DNA of 64,000 nucleotides, from positions 2,482 to 66,481 of the forward strand of contig CALQYS010000003.1 in assembly GCA_943348755.1 (NCBI GenBank), read 5' to 3'. The notes below the pieces were generated by a model, which was not told where the DNA came from, did no database searches, and saw only the letters and a list, made by a program, of their open reading frames with translations. This document shows, one piece after another, positions 48,852-58,634 of this stretch. Source of the DNA: Candidatus Nomurabacteria bacterium (lineage in GTDB: Bacteria; Patescibacteriota; Minisyncoccia; Phycocordibacterales; UBA9973). The first letter of the stretch is position 1; every line of letters starts with the position of its first letter. Both the position numbers and the translations under genes were made by a program.

Positions 48852-50468
48852 ATGAACTACTTTCTCTACGCACGCAAAAGCACGGATGTTGAGGATAAAC
48901 AAATCCTCTCTATTGAAGCCCAACTCGCCGAACTGCGAGAACTTGCAAAACGAGAAAATCTAAATATCGCCGAGGAGTTTGTGGAAAAACGATCCGCAAA
49001 AATTCCGGGCAGACCGATATTTAATGAAATGCTTACAAGAATTCAAAAAAGTGAAGCGCAAGGAATTGTTTGCTGGAAAATTGACCGCTTGTCTCGCAAT
49101 CCTATTGATAGCGGAAAAATTCAATGGCTTCTACAGCAAAACACTGTTAAATCAGTAATAACGATGAACCGAGAATATAAGCCCGATGATAATGCTTTAC
49201 TTTTGAGTGTGGAAAGTGGTTCAGCAAACCAATTTATTATTGATTTAAAGAAAGGGGTTAAAAGAGGAATAGAAAGCAAGATACAGAAAGGCTTAGCTCC
49301 AATTTCTGCTCCTCTTGGATACCTAAACACGAAGACAGAAATACGAGGAGAAAATTACATAATCAAAGACCCAGAAAGATTTAATCTCATAAGAAAAATT
49401 TGGGACTTGATGCTTACTGGCAAGTATACCCCTCCGAAGATTCTAGAAATCGCAAACAATGAGTGGGGTTTAAGAACAAGAAAGATGAGAAGAAAAGGGA
49501 GCAAACCTCTTGGACGAAGCACGATTTATGCCATACTGACGAACCCATTTTATACAGGGGAATTTAAATATAAAGAAGTAATCTATAGCGGAAAGCATGA
49601 GCCCATGATTACTCAAGCAGAATTTGATAAAGTTCAAATCATTCTTGGCAGAAAGGGTAAACCGAGACCGAAAACCCACTCTTTCCCTTTCACGGGAATG
49701 ATTAGATGTGGTGAGTGTGGTAGTGCAATAACCGCTATTGAAAAAACAAAAATCATAAAGAAAACTGGTGAACTAAAAACTTTTACTTATTATTACTGTA
49801 CTAAAAGAAAACTGAAGACGCAGTGTAGTCAGGAAGGCTATATAACTTCGGAAGAGTTGGATAAACAAATAGATGAGGAATTAGCAAAATATACGATACT
49901 CCCACAATTTAAAGATTGGGCTTTGGAGATACTCCAAGAAAATAATGATGTGGAAATAGAAAATAGGACTAAGATTTTTGAATCCCAGCAAAAGGCTGAG
50001 GTAGATATTCAGAAGCAAATGGATAATTTAACTAAGATGCGATACCGAGAATTAATCAACGATGCAGAATACTCTAAAGAAAAGCAAGAGCTACAGACAC
50101 AGATAGCAAAGATAAGAAAAGCTAAGATAGAAATGGAGCAAAGAATGGATAATTGGGTTGAACTCACAGAAAAGACCTTTGAGTTTGCTTGCCACGCTCG
50201 CAGTGGATTTGCTAATGGAGATACTAATACCAAAAGAGAGATATTTATGGCTCTTGGTGAGAACTACACTCTAAAATACAAAAAAGTCCTTATTCCTGTG
50301 AACGAATGCCTAAAAGTTATAGAAAAAAGGTATCCAGTGATAGAGAAAGAATACAATCGGTTAGAACTGGAAAATAAGCTTAACCCTAAACGACAAAACA
50401 CCTCTTTCGAGGTGCTTCGTCCGTTACTGCGCGATCGACCGGACTTGAACCGGCAACCTCTTCCGTGA
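48852..50468 (+). CDS. large serine recombinase/integrase
   Basis: YARKST catalytic Ser, DRLSRN, PLGY, ILTNPFYTG..G.HEPMI, CGECG..YYYC zinc ribbon, coiled coil. Confidence 0.93.
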   Translation: MNYFLYARKSTDVEDKQILSIEAQLAELRELAKRENLNIAEEFVEKRSAKIPGRPIFNEMLTRIQKSEAQGIVCWKIDRLSRNPIDSGKIQWLLQQNTVKSVITMNREYKPDDNALLLSVESGSANQFIIDLKKGVKRGIESKIQKGLAPISAPLGYLNTKTEIRGENYIIKDPERFNLIRKIWDLMLTGKYTPPKILEIANNEWGLRTRKMRRKGSKPLGRSTIYAILTNPFYTGEFKYKEVIYSGKHEPMITQAEFDKVQIILGRKGKPRPKTHSFPFTGMIRCGECGSAITAIEKTKIIKKTGELKTFTYYYCTKRKLKTQCSQEGYITSEELDKQIDEELAKYTILPQFKDWALEILQENNDVEIENRTKIFESQQKAEVDIQKQMDNLTKMRYRELINDAEYSKEKQELQTQIAKIRKAKIEMEQRMDNWVELTEKTFEFACHARSGFANGDTNTKREIFMALGENYTLKYKKVLIPVNECLKVIEKRYPVIEKEYNRLELENKLNPKRQNTSFEVLRPLLRDRPDLNRQPLP

Positions 50469-50503
50469 CAGGGAAGCGCTCTAACCAGTTGAGCTACGAC
50501 CGC
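50430..50503 (-). tRNA. tRNA-Asp(GTC)
   Basis: Anticodon loop CTGTCAC, discriminator G. Confidence 0.94.
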
Positions 50504-50530
50504 ATGTTTTATCAAGGCTTTGCCTCGATG

Positions 50531-50601
50531 TGCCGGAGAGTGGAATTGAACCACTGTCTAAGGCTTATGAGTCCTTCGTTCTACCATTGAACTACACCGG
50601 C
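50531..50601 (-). tRNA. tRNA with CAT anticodon (elongator Met or Ile2)
   Basis: Cloverleaf, loop CTCATAA, paired G1-C72. Confidence 0.85.
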
Positions 50602-50740
50602 ATATTAACACCATACTCGACAAATAGACATTGAGGCATGTCACCTGCCGATTGTTGCCCCTATGGCCTGCCTCGCTTCGCTTGGCAAGGGCCATTTTTG
50701 CTCTTAGCAAAACTGGCGCAAAAGCAAATCAATTTGCTTG

Positions 50741-50811
50741 TTGCGGGGTCTGGAATCGAACCAGAGTCTTAAGGTTATGAGCCTTACGAGATGCCTCTTC
50801 TCTACCCCGCT
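50741..50811 (-). tRNA. initiator tRNA-fMet(CAT)
   Basis: Unpaired 1:72 (A:A), GCGGGG acceptor stem, A11-U24, loop CTCATAA. Confidence 0.82.
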
Positions 50812-50858
50812 ATATATGTTTGGAGTTTCATTCTACCTTAAATAACCAAAAAAGTAAA

Positions 50859-51491
50859 TTAAATAAAGCCGAATTCACGAAAAATCTGTTCGTATAAGGC
50901 TATTATCCTTTTTGCCTCGTGTTGGGAAAGCTCAAAGGAAACGCCCTCGTGAGCTATCCTATTTCGAATGGTATGTACCTCCCAAGCAGAGGTTAAACTA
51001 TGGAACTTGTCCTGAGTAGCAGATTTTAATTTATCACCCAAGGTCTCTCCCTTAAATCCTAGTTGATTAAGCAATTCCTCAAGCATAGAGTCCGCTTCTA
51101 TCACTGCTAATTTCCAGTCGCTTGCGTGTTGAGAGAAAAGGTAAGTCAAAGTTTTTATCCATCTTTGATTTTTGGATATTTCATCCCCCTGGCTAATCTT
51201 TTTTTCACGTTCCGCTTGATGATGAGCATATTCGGCAATTTCATGCTCCAAATGTCTATGTTCTTTCTTTCTAATTTCCAAAATTCTGATTGAAGTATAT
51301 GAGATAATCATGATAAAAAACAAAACGAGAAAAAATAAAATTGTGTTGAAAATAGATACTATTCCAGCACCGTGATTGTTGAAAAAGTTAACAAAATTTT
51401 GAGAAAAAATGACCCCCTGATTAAATAAATACTGTGGATCAAACCATTTTGAGCCGAGAAGTGTGTTTTCAAGAATAATGTTCTGATTCAT
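50859..51491 (-). CDS. single-TM conserved hypothetical protein
   Basis: WKLAVIEAD..G..GETLGDKLK..AWEVH..RNRIAH. Confidence 0.75.
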   Translation of the reverse strand: MNQNIILENTLLGSKWFDPQYLFNQGVIFSQNFVNFFNNHGAGIVSIFNTILFFLVLFFIMIISYTSIRILEIRKKEHRHLEHEIAEYAHHQAEREKKISQGDEISKNQRWIKTLTYLFSQHASDWKLAVIEADSMLEELLNQLGFKGETLGDKLKSATQDKFHSLTSAWEVHTIRNRIAHEGVSFELSQHEAKRIIALYEQIFREFGFI

Positions 51492-51500
51492 GTTTATAAA

Positions 51501-52925
51501 TTATATCATGCTTTTCATTTCCTCAAATTTCTTACCGATTTCAAATAAAACATCTTCCCTCCCGTGGGAGGCCATAAATTGGATTCCGAGCGGCAGTTTT
51601 TTATCATTTAGTTCCGTAAAACCCGATGGGACAGAAATGGCAGGAACGCCGACAATGTTGGCGGTAACTGTAAAAATGTCTTCTAAATACATAGAAAGTG
51701 GACTGCTCTTCTCACCTATAACCCAGGCCGGAGCTGGAGAAGTCGGAGTTAAAACTAAATCTACTTCGGAGAAGACTTTGATAAATTCCTTCCTCAATGT
51801 GACCCGAGCTTTTTGAGCCTTACCATAATAAGCATCATAATAGCCCGCCGAAAGGACATAAGCGCCCAAAAGAATTCTCCTTCGTGCCTCTTTACCAAGT
51901 CCGGTTCCTCGAGTTATTAAATAGTCCTCGAGTAAATTTTTACCGTTCTTGTGCGAACCGTATCTCACCCCATCAAAACGAGACAGGTTGGTAGAAACCT
52001 CCGCAAAATTGATAATGTAATATAGGGCAAGACAGTTTGGTAGTTTAATATCTTTTATTTTATAGCCTATATTTTCCAAATTTTTTACTATTTTTTTAAA
52101 ATTTTCCTTTACTTCTTTATCGATTCCTTCCTGCTCAATGAGACTCCAGGGCACTCCGATCATCATTTGAGTTTTTTTAGATAATTTTTCATAAGTTTTA
52201 TCTATGACAGAAGTACTGTCAAATTCATCTTGACCCTTTATAACGTTAAAAATAATCTGCGCGTCTTCTGCGGTTTTTGCAATTGGGCCTATGACGTCAA
52301 AAGATGATGTCGCAGCCATTAAACCGTAACGTGAAACAGTCCCATAGGTGGGTTTAAATCCGACTACTCCACAAAAAGCAGAAGGTTGACGAATTGATCC
52401 TCCTGTATCTGAACCTAGTGCACCAAGTGCCATGTTGCTATTAACAGCAGCTGCCGAGCCACCAGAAGTGCCACCAGCCACTCGTGAAGCATCATAAGGA
52501 TTTTTGGTCACTCCATAAGCTGAATTTTCTGTGGAACCCCCCAAGGCAAATTCATCCATATTGGTTCTCCCTAAGAAAATAGCTCCTTGTTTTTTTAATT
52601 TTTCTATGACTGTAGCATTGTATGAAGCAACATAATTTTCTAGAATTTTCGAGGCCGAACTAGCTTTTCTGCCTTGAATTAAAATATTGTCTTTGATAGC
52701 AAGTGGAATACCGAGAAGCGGATGAGACTCCCCTTTGGAAATTCGTGCATCAGCCGCTTGGGCCTGTTCTAACACATCATCATAAATTTCCAAATAAGCA
52801 TTCAATTCTTTATTCTTATTTTTTATTTCATTTAAGTAAGCCGATGCTAAATCCACCGCCGAAAAAACCTTATCATCAAGGGCTTTTCTTGCTTTGGTGA
52901 TAGTGAGATTAGCTAGATCAATCAT
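51501..52925 (-). CDS. gatA: Asp/Glu-tRNA amidotransferase subunit A
   Basis: AIKDNI, TNMDEFA, GGTSGGSAA, GSDTGGSIRQP. Confidence 0.96.
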   Translation of the reverse strand: MIDLANLTITKARKALDDKVFSAVDLASAYLNEIKNKNKELNAYLEIYDDVLEQAQAADARISKGESHPLLGIPLAIKDNILIQGRKASSASKILENYVASYNATVIEKLKKQGAIFLGRTNMDEFALGGSTENSAYGVTKNPYDASRVAGGTSGGSAAAVNSNMALGALGSDTGGSIRQPSAFCGVVGFKPTYGTVSRYGLMAATSSFDVIGPIAKTAEDAQIIFNVIKGQDEFDSTSVIDKTYEKLSKKTQMMIGVPWSLIEQEGIDKEVKENFKKIVKNLENIGYKIKDIKLPNCLALYYIINFAEVSTNLSRFDGVRYGSHKNGKNLLEDYLITRGTGLGKEARRRILLGAYVLSAGYYDAYYGKAQKARVTLRKEFIKVFSEVDLVLTPTSPAPAWVIGEKSSPLSMYLEDIFTVTANIVGVPAISVPSGFTELNDKKLPLGIQFMASHGREDVLFEIGKKFEEMKSMI

Positions 52926-53194
52926 AGTATCTTTTTAACTTTTAGAAAACCATCCTGCGCTTCTGGAAATTGTCCTATAATTAAATCATGGGAAAAGTTT
53001 CGTGAATCTGTTTTATCCTCCCGAGAAACATTAGTAATATCATAATCAGTTTCTATATCAGCTGTATTGACCTTTTCAATCTGTTTTACATAATCCAAAA
53101 TGCCTTTCATGTCCGAAAGTATTTGTCTTTTTTCATCTTCCCCCAGCTCAATCCGAGCAAGATTTGCTAGGTTTTCAACATCTTTTATGTCCAC
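52922..53194 (-). CDS. gatC: Asp/Glu-tRNA amidotransferase subunit C
   Basis: VENLANLARI..ILDYV..NVSRED..FLKVKKIL; overlaps gatA. Confidence 0.92.
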   Translation of the reverse strand: MDIKDVENLANLARIELGEDEKRQILSDMKGILDYVKQIEKVNTADIETDYDITNVSREDKTDSRNFSHDLIIGQFPEAQDGFLKVKKIL

Positions 53195-53210
53195 ATCGGA
53201 AGTATAACAA

Positions 53211-53301
53211 AAGCTTCGCCTTGTGTAAATTTTTTATCTCCGAGGGTCCCACGCCGAAGGCGAAGGGCGCAGGAGGAAAAAATTTACACAAGGCGAAGCT
53301 T
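53211..53301. repeat. REP/MITE-like hairpin with 25-bp perfect terminal inverted repeat
   Basis: AAGCTTCGCCTTGTGTAAATTTTTT (53211-53235) / reverse complement (53277-53301). Confidence 0.8.
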
Positions 53302-54187
53302 ACCCAATCAAAGCTTTTATTCTTTCTTCTACTGGTGGATGAGTGGCAAATAAATTACCGATTTTTTTACCCAATCTTGAGCCTCTAGGGTCCGCAATGT
53401 ATAGATGCGCAATAGCACTGGACTGAGATATCATGGGTTTCGAGTATAGAGCAATCTTTTTTAATGCATTGGCTAGACCCTCTGGATAGCGAGTAAGTAA
53501 CGCCCCAGAAGCATCAGCTAGGAATTCCCTCTTTCTGGAGATGGCAAGTTGAATAAGCAAAGAAAAAATCGGGGCTAAGATTGAAAGCAAAATCCCGACA
53601 ATTATCAGCAATCCTCCCCCTTTGTCATTATCTCGACTTCTCATATTACCAAAAAATAAATTCCTTCTAAAAACATCCGACAGGATAGTGATGAAACCAA
53701 CTAGAACGACAACAACTGTAGAAAGTAGCATGTCGCGATTGCCGACATGAGAAAGTTCGTGCGCTATCACACCCTCCATTTCGGTTTTATTTAAAATAGA
53801 CAAAAGTCCAGTAGTCACACAAACCACCGCGTGATCTTTATCTCTACCTGTAGCAAAAGCGTTCGGAGCTTGGTCTGATACTACATAAACCTTGGGCATT
53901 GGCAATCCTGCTGTAATAGATAAATTCTCCACGCTTATATAAAAATCAAAATATTCTTCCCTTTTTGCCTCTTTAGCTCCAGCGAGTTTGATGATAATTT
54001 TATCTGAGTACCAATACGAAAAAAAGTTCATGAATATGCTGAAAATCACGAAGAAATAAAGGATATTGGGGTTATTGTAATAAAAGCTGAAAAACCAGCC
54101 AAAAAGAATGACCACAACGACAAAAAGGGTCATTAGTAGCCATGTTTTTGTCACATTTTTTGATTGCTCGGTATAAAGTGTAGCCAT
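53300..54187 (-). CDS. htpX: M48 zinc metalloprotease HtpX
   Basis: PNAFATGR, VIAHELSH, SRKREFLAD, THPP. Confidence 0.93.
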   Translation of the reverse strand: MATLYTEQSKNVTKTWLLMTLFVVVVILFGWFFSFYYNNPNILYFFVIFSIFMNFFSYWYSDKIIIKLAGAKEAKREEYFDFYISVENLSITAGLPMPKVYVVSDQAPNAFATGRDKDHAVVCVTTGLLSILNKTEMEGVIAHELSHVGNRDMLLSTVVVVLVGFITILSDVFRRNLFFGNMRSRDNDKGGGLLIIVGILLSILAPIFSLLIQLAISRKREFLADASGALLTRYPEGLANALKKIALYSKPMISQSSAIAHLYIADPRGSRLGKKIGNLFATHPPVEERIKALIG

Positions 54188-54242
54188 AAATTATTTCTCC
54201 TTATTTCTACTATTTTTAATAAAAAATATTACTTTTCTTGAA

Positions 54243-55523
54243 TTATTTATTTATACTTTTGGGCTTATCAGGAACAAATGTTATGAGACCCATTTTTTTA
54301 TCTGAATTTTTTCTGTTATGGTCAAGAACCCCTCGTGTTAAGTTATGGTCACCTCCTAATACAAAAGGTAGTATTCTCTGTTTTAGAGTTAAATTTATTT
54401 CTTTAATCATAGCTATGGCAATGTCTTCCCTATCATCCATAACAAATTTTTGATTTTTTTTAATTAACTTTGTAGCCTTATCAAGAAATTCCTGACGGTC
54501 TCTTTCGCTCAATTTAGCTTTATCTTCTTGTGACATTTCTTCCCAATGCTTAAACATTTTCGCCATTTCATTTATAACTTCTTGGGCAGCCTTATTACCA
54601 GCTACGGTTTCAGTTCCCATTAAATGTATCTTTCCTTCAACCGCAAGTTTACGATCCGCTCCCGCAAGATATATTCCATCTTGTCCTAATGAATCAAATT
54701 CATTTGTTATCTTTTTCTGCACTTCCTGAAATTCCTGTTCTGCGCGATCGTATTGACCGGGATGAGCAATGAAATAATTATGTAACTCGTTCAGCTTTTG
54801 TCGATATGAATAAGTAAGAAGTAGTTTAATATTATTATCCTTATAACGCTTCGCACGCTCATAAAAAAGCAAAACTTTAAAGAAACATCCTTCCTTTGGA
54901 TTAATTTTTGAAAGATCTTCTATATTTTTTGAAAATCCTGTTTGATCATATCCGTCTTTCGCAATACCTTCTGTAAAAATATTTGTAAGAGAACTGTTAC
55001 TTTGTTTAGAAAAAGCCAATAAAACTTGCTCTATCTTTTTCTGCACTGATATAATTTCTTGATATTTTCCCTCTTTTGCTTCCCATGATTTTAAAAATTC
55101 TATGGAAGTTTCCTGATAATGCGTCTGCCCTATGTGAACAATATACGGACCGGTATCATTATCAACATCAAGTCTCACTGTGAAACCTGCCTTCTCGGCA
55201 ATAGCCATCATATCATAGCCTGTTTTTTTAATAAGCTCTTGCCGTAATGCATCAGGTGAAGACGCTTTTTCTTTTTGTGCAGTGTCAACCACAAGTTCAG
55301 GAATCACGCTAGACTTATCTCTGAAAGTTATGGGCTCGTTAGTTTCAGCTTTTACGCCTTCTCCTCCAGTAAAAATTATGCCAGCAGCTAGGACTCCTTC
55401 CCAGAAATTTTTTAAACTACTTTTCTGTTGCTTTTGGGGCAGACTGCTTTCACCTGATTTAACACTTTTTGGTATAGGTGCTTCTGCTTTTTTATCTTTT
55501 TTATTTTGTGTTTCAAATTTCAT
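54243..55523 (-). CDS. hypothetical protein
   Basis: 426-aa ORF with one hydrophobic segment near the N-terminus; HIGQTH and GGDH motifs. Confidence 0.7.
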   Translation of the reverse strand: MKFETQNKKDKKAEAPIPKSVKSGESSLPQKQQKSSLKNFWEGVLAAGIIFTGGEGVKAETNEPITFRDKSSVIPELVVDTAQKEKASSPDALRQELIKKTGYDMMAIAEKAGFTVRLDVDNDTGPYIVHIGQTHYQETSIEFLKSWEAKEGKYQEIISVQKKIEQVLLAFSKQSNSSLTNIFTEGIAKDGYDQTGFSKNIEDLSKINPKEGCFFKVLLFYERAKRYKDNNIKLLLTYSYRQKLNELHNYFIAHPGQYDRAEQEFQEVQKKITNEFDSLGQDGIYLAGADRKLAVEGKIHLMGTETVAGNKAAQEVINEMAKMFKHWEEMSQEDKAKLSERDRQEFLDKATKLIKKNQKFVMDDREDIAIAMIKEINLTLKQRILPFVLGGDHNLTRGVLDHNRKNSDKKMGLITFVPDKPKSINK

Positions 55524-55542
55524 TATAGTGAGCTTTGCTCTA

Positions 55543-56430
55543 CTATTGAGATTTCTTCTCTTGGGTTTTTAGATAACTGGCGATTACAGATGAAATATAA
55601 TTTCCATTGCAACCAAGACTTTGAATTTTATTTTGGTCAATATTACTTTCTATAAATAAACCGAGGGTTCCATAAAAATATATTTGACTTGCATATCTGC
55701 TTGGGTTGTTTATGTCAGGTATAGTAAATAGAGAAACCTTCTTAGTCTCGTCTAAACCCTTAACAATACTAACAGGACATATCAGATACTGACCCGCTAA
55801 TTTTTTACCAGTTACATCAACCAGCGTACTATCTGCACTATAAGAAAGTTTAAAGTTGCAGGTATTTTGATTATTTACAACCTCAAAACTAGTCGGGAAC
55901 AAAGGATCTTGCAGAGTAGCTTTAGCATTTTTACAATAGAGAGCACTATTACCCAAACAATCCAACACTTTATTATTTTGGTATGTAAGAGGATTCGTAA
56001 GGTCGGGCGCAGTACTTGTCCCACAATCTTCTACGGTCGGTGCACTTTTTACTACCGTATTATTTTGCACTAAAGATGTCTGGGCTGGGCTGGTAGATGC
56101 CTTAGATCCAAAATAAGAACCCATTAACCCCTCTACACTACTCACCCCAGAATCCCAAAAATTTATTATTTCTGGTTTATAAAGATACCAAAAAACGACC
56201 AAAGCCAAACCAACAATGACGAAAATCAAATCGTGCCAGAGAATTTTGTTTTTGTTTTTTACAATCATAGAACTCTCTCCAAGCCCCTGCATAGGAATTA
56301 CAATTCTAAAGGCTTCGCTCAAATCCGTCTCATTCCAACCATTATTAACCAGCTCTGTGCGGATTTCTTCACGCGCACGCCCGCTAGCAATCTCTACGCG
56401 TATGTATTCTACAAGTTCTGTCGTGATCAT
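55543..56430 (-). CDS. single-TM protein with Cys-rich extracellular domain
   Basis: Short N-terminal helical module, TM helix, six Cys. Confidence 0.7.
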   Translation of the reverse strand: MITTELVEYIRVEIASGRAREEIRTELVNNGWNETDLSEAFRIVIPMQGLGESSMIVKNKNKILWHDLIFVIVGLALVVFWYLYKPEIINFWDSGVSSVEGLMGSYFGSKASTSPAQTSLVQNNTVVKSAPTVEDCGTSTAPDLTNPLTYQNNKVLDCLGNSALYCKNAKATLQDPLFPTSFEVVNNQNTCNFKLSYSADSTLVDVTGKKLAGQYLICPVSIVKGLDETKKVSLFTIPDINNPSRYASQIYFYGTLGLFIESNIDQNKIQSLGCNGNYISSVIASYLKTQEKKSQ

Positions 56431-56468
56431 AAATTTATTATATCAACAAATGAGAAACAAAAACAAGT

Positions 56469-58022
56469 TTATTCTAAAGGACAAACTGTGCCATCTGGTA
56501 GGTCAGTTGTTTCTTTAGAAAAACCTGTTGAATCCACACAAAAATAGCCTGAATTTTGGGAAAGTTTTACTCCCATAGCATATGCCTTTTTTCTATCCAG
56601 ACAGACAAACCCAGTACCACCCACATCTTCAATAGCCTTACGGGCGACTTTTAATTCTTTGGATAAACAAAATCCTAAATAAGCGTTGTTATGCTGATCA
56701 TAAAAAAGCTCTGCTTGTGCTCGCATATTTGCCAAATTAGCCTTTATGGACGCCTCCTTCCCCTTTTGCCTAGCACTTTCTAGTGAAGCTGCTATTAAAT
56801 CAGCAAAAGGTGTACTCTCTGCGGGAGCAATGACTGACACTGGCTGATTATAGTCACTCGTAATACTTACCATACTTATTTTTACCTGTTCATTTTTAGC
56901 GATGTCTGGTTGAACCCCGAAATTTACATTGACCTTATGTACTAATTTATCATTGCGACCAATCCAAATTTCTCCTTTAAAATCGACAATCTTATCTAAC
57001 TCTCTGGAGAATGTTGCAGCATCAAAATCAGAAAATCGTACATTATCTTTATTGATAGTACTGAGGTACGTTTTAAGCGACTGGAAGTATGCAATTACCG
57101 CATCTTTATCTAAATCAAAAGAAAAATGATAGGAAGGCTCTCCACCAACTGTTTCAGGGGTTAACTTGGCTAGTGGCTTTATGAGATGCGCACTTTGAAA
57201 AATTTTATACAGCTGGTCTTTTTGATCAGTAGTAAAAATATCAGCTGGCATACTATCTTCACTTGATGGAACGAGGCTAGATGGATTCGCAGTAATTTGT
57301 TTATTTATCAACTTAACGGGAAAAGAAAACCATTTGTTTTCATATTGAGTGATGCTGGGCACTGGTAATGGAAAATTTGCTAAAGTAGGAGCTTTTTTAA
57401 GTTCTACATAAAAAGTATTATTAACCAATCTAAATTCCACTTCCGTAGAAAGATAACCGCCAAGAGTAAAAGAAATATTAGAAGAAATTTTTAAATTGTT
57501 AGTGTCATTTACATCAGATACCCCCTTCATCAAAAGACTGATTTGCTGAGAATTAATACCAACAGAGGATAAGGAGTTCAGCGGACTATTAACATCTTTG
57601 ATCCCCGAAAAATCAACATAAAAAGTAATGTCATGTGAGGAGCTTTTAGTAACTTTAGCTCTCTCCATAGATTCTGAAAGAATTTTCGGTAATGATACAA
57701 AAGCGCCTGTGTAATATGTATAAGCGGCTGCTCCGCCAGCCAGGCTGATTAAAATTAAGGTGAAAATAATAGGCAATATCCTTTTACTCTTGCTGTGTTC
57801 TGGGTGAAAAGAATCTGTTGAGGATTGAGTAACATTTGTTGCCACTGCAGAAACAGGAGAAGGCGTCGGTACCGGGGTGGAGATGGGTTCCACGGCTGTA
57901 AAAACTTCTTTGATATCTTCATCAGTCCAACCTGCCCCCTTTAAATTAGTCGCAATTGTTTCCTTTGGGACTTTTAGCGAAAGTTGTTTTCTTACATACC
58001 CTAGCAATTGATCGTTGATCAT
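56469..58022 (-). CDS. single-TM protein with C-terminal pilin-like domain
   Basis: Same N-terminal module; ASLESARQKG..ASIKANLANMRAQAELFYD and FCVDSTG. Confidence 0.65.
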   Translation of the reverse strand: MINDQLLGYVRKQLSLKVPKETIATNLKGAGWTDEDIKEVFTAVEPISTPVPTPSPVSAVATNVTQSSTDSFHPEHSKSKRILPIIFTLILISLAGGAAAYTYYTGAFVSLPKILSESMERAKVTKSSSHDITFYVDFSGIKDVNSPLNSLSSVGINSQQISLLMKGVSDVNDTNNLKISSNISFTLGGYLSTEVEFRLVNNTFYVELKKAPTLANFPLPVPSITQYENKWFSFPVKLINKQITANPSSLVPSSEDSMPADIFTTDQKDQLYKIFQSAHLIKPLAKLTPETVGGEPSYHFSFDLDKDAVIAYFQSLKTYLSTINKDNVRFSDFDAATFSRELDKIVDFKGEIWIGRNDKLVHKVNVNFGVQPDIAKNEQVKISMVSITSDYNQPVSVIAPAESTPFADLIAASLESARQKGKEASIKANLANMRAQAELFYDQHNNAYLGFCLSKELKVARKAIEDVGGTGFVCLDRKKAYAMGVKLSQNSGYFCVDSTGFSKETTDLPDGTVCPLE

Positions 58023-58045
58023 GGGTAAAAATGTTTATAGCTTTT

Positions 58046-58597
58046 CTAAAATTTTACTTCTACTGGATTTTGAGCAGCATCATTGTCTCCTAGATCAAAG
58101 AATTCTTTTTTAGAAAAGCTGAAAAGCTTGGCCAGTATATTCGATGGGAAAGACTCAATCTTGATATTTAAATCACGCACATTACCGTTGTAAAACCTGC
58201 GAGCCGCTTGGATCTTGTTTTCTGTGTCCGAAAGCTCGTTTTGTAAAGATAAAAAATTAGTGTTGGCTTTAAGATCTGGATATGCTTCGGAAATAGCAAA
58301 GACGGATTTAAGCGCCCCAGAAAGTGTGTTCTCGGCTTTGGCATGTTCTTTGGTTGGACCCGATACGCCCATAGCCATACTTCGAGCTTTTGTCACATTT
58401 TCAAAAGCTGAGGATTCATGCTTGGCGTAACCTTTTACAGTATTTACTAAATTAGGAATGAGATCATATCTCCTTTTTAACTGAACTTCAATATCGGCCC
58501 AAGCCTCCCCTGCGCGATTACGTAAAGAGACAAAACCATTGAACACAAAAATAGTCCATAAAACCAAGACTCCCAAGATTATTGAAATAAACATCAT
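58046..58597 (-). CDS. lemA: LemA family protein
   Basis: AWADIEVQLKRRYDLIPNLV, EAYPDLKAN..F, ENKI..ARRFYN. Confidence 0.95.
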   Translation of the reverse strand: MMFISIILGVLVLWTIFVFNGFVSLRNRAGEAWADIEVQLKRRYDLIPNLVNTVKGYAKHESSAFENVTKARSMAMGVSGPTKEHAKAENTLSGALKSVFAISEAYPDLKANTNFLSLQNELSDTENKIQAARRFYNGNVRDLNIKIESFPSNILAKLFSFSKKEFFDLGDNDAAQNPVEVKF

Positions 58598-58634
58598 GGC
58601 TATATTGTACCACTTGGAAATAAGCAAAGCAAAA

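Larger units (their letters stand above)
42491..50432. mobile_element. integrative genomic island at the tRNA-Asp 3' end (large serine recombinase with defence-like cargo)
   Basis: Recombinase ORF ends inside tRNA-Asp; CTGCG shared at both junctions; AT-rich RM/nuclease cargo. Confidence 0.75.

Noticed and set aside
42491-50432. Prophage or IS composite transposon
   Set aside because: No virion, terminase, replication or DDE transposase genes
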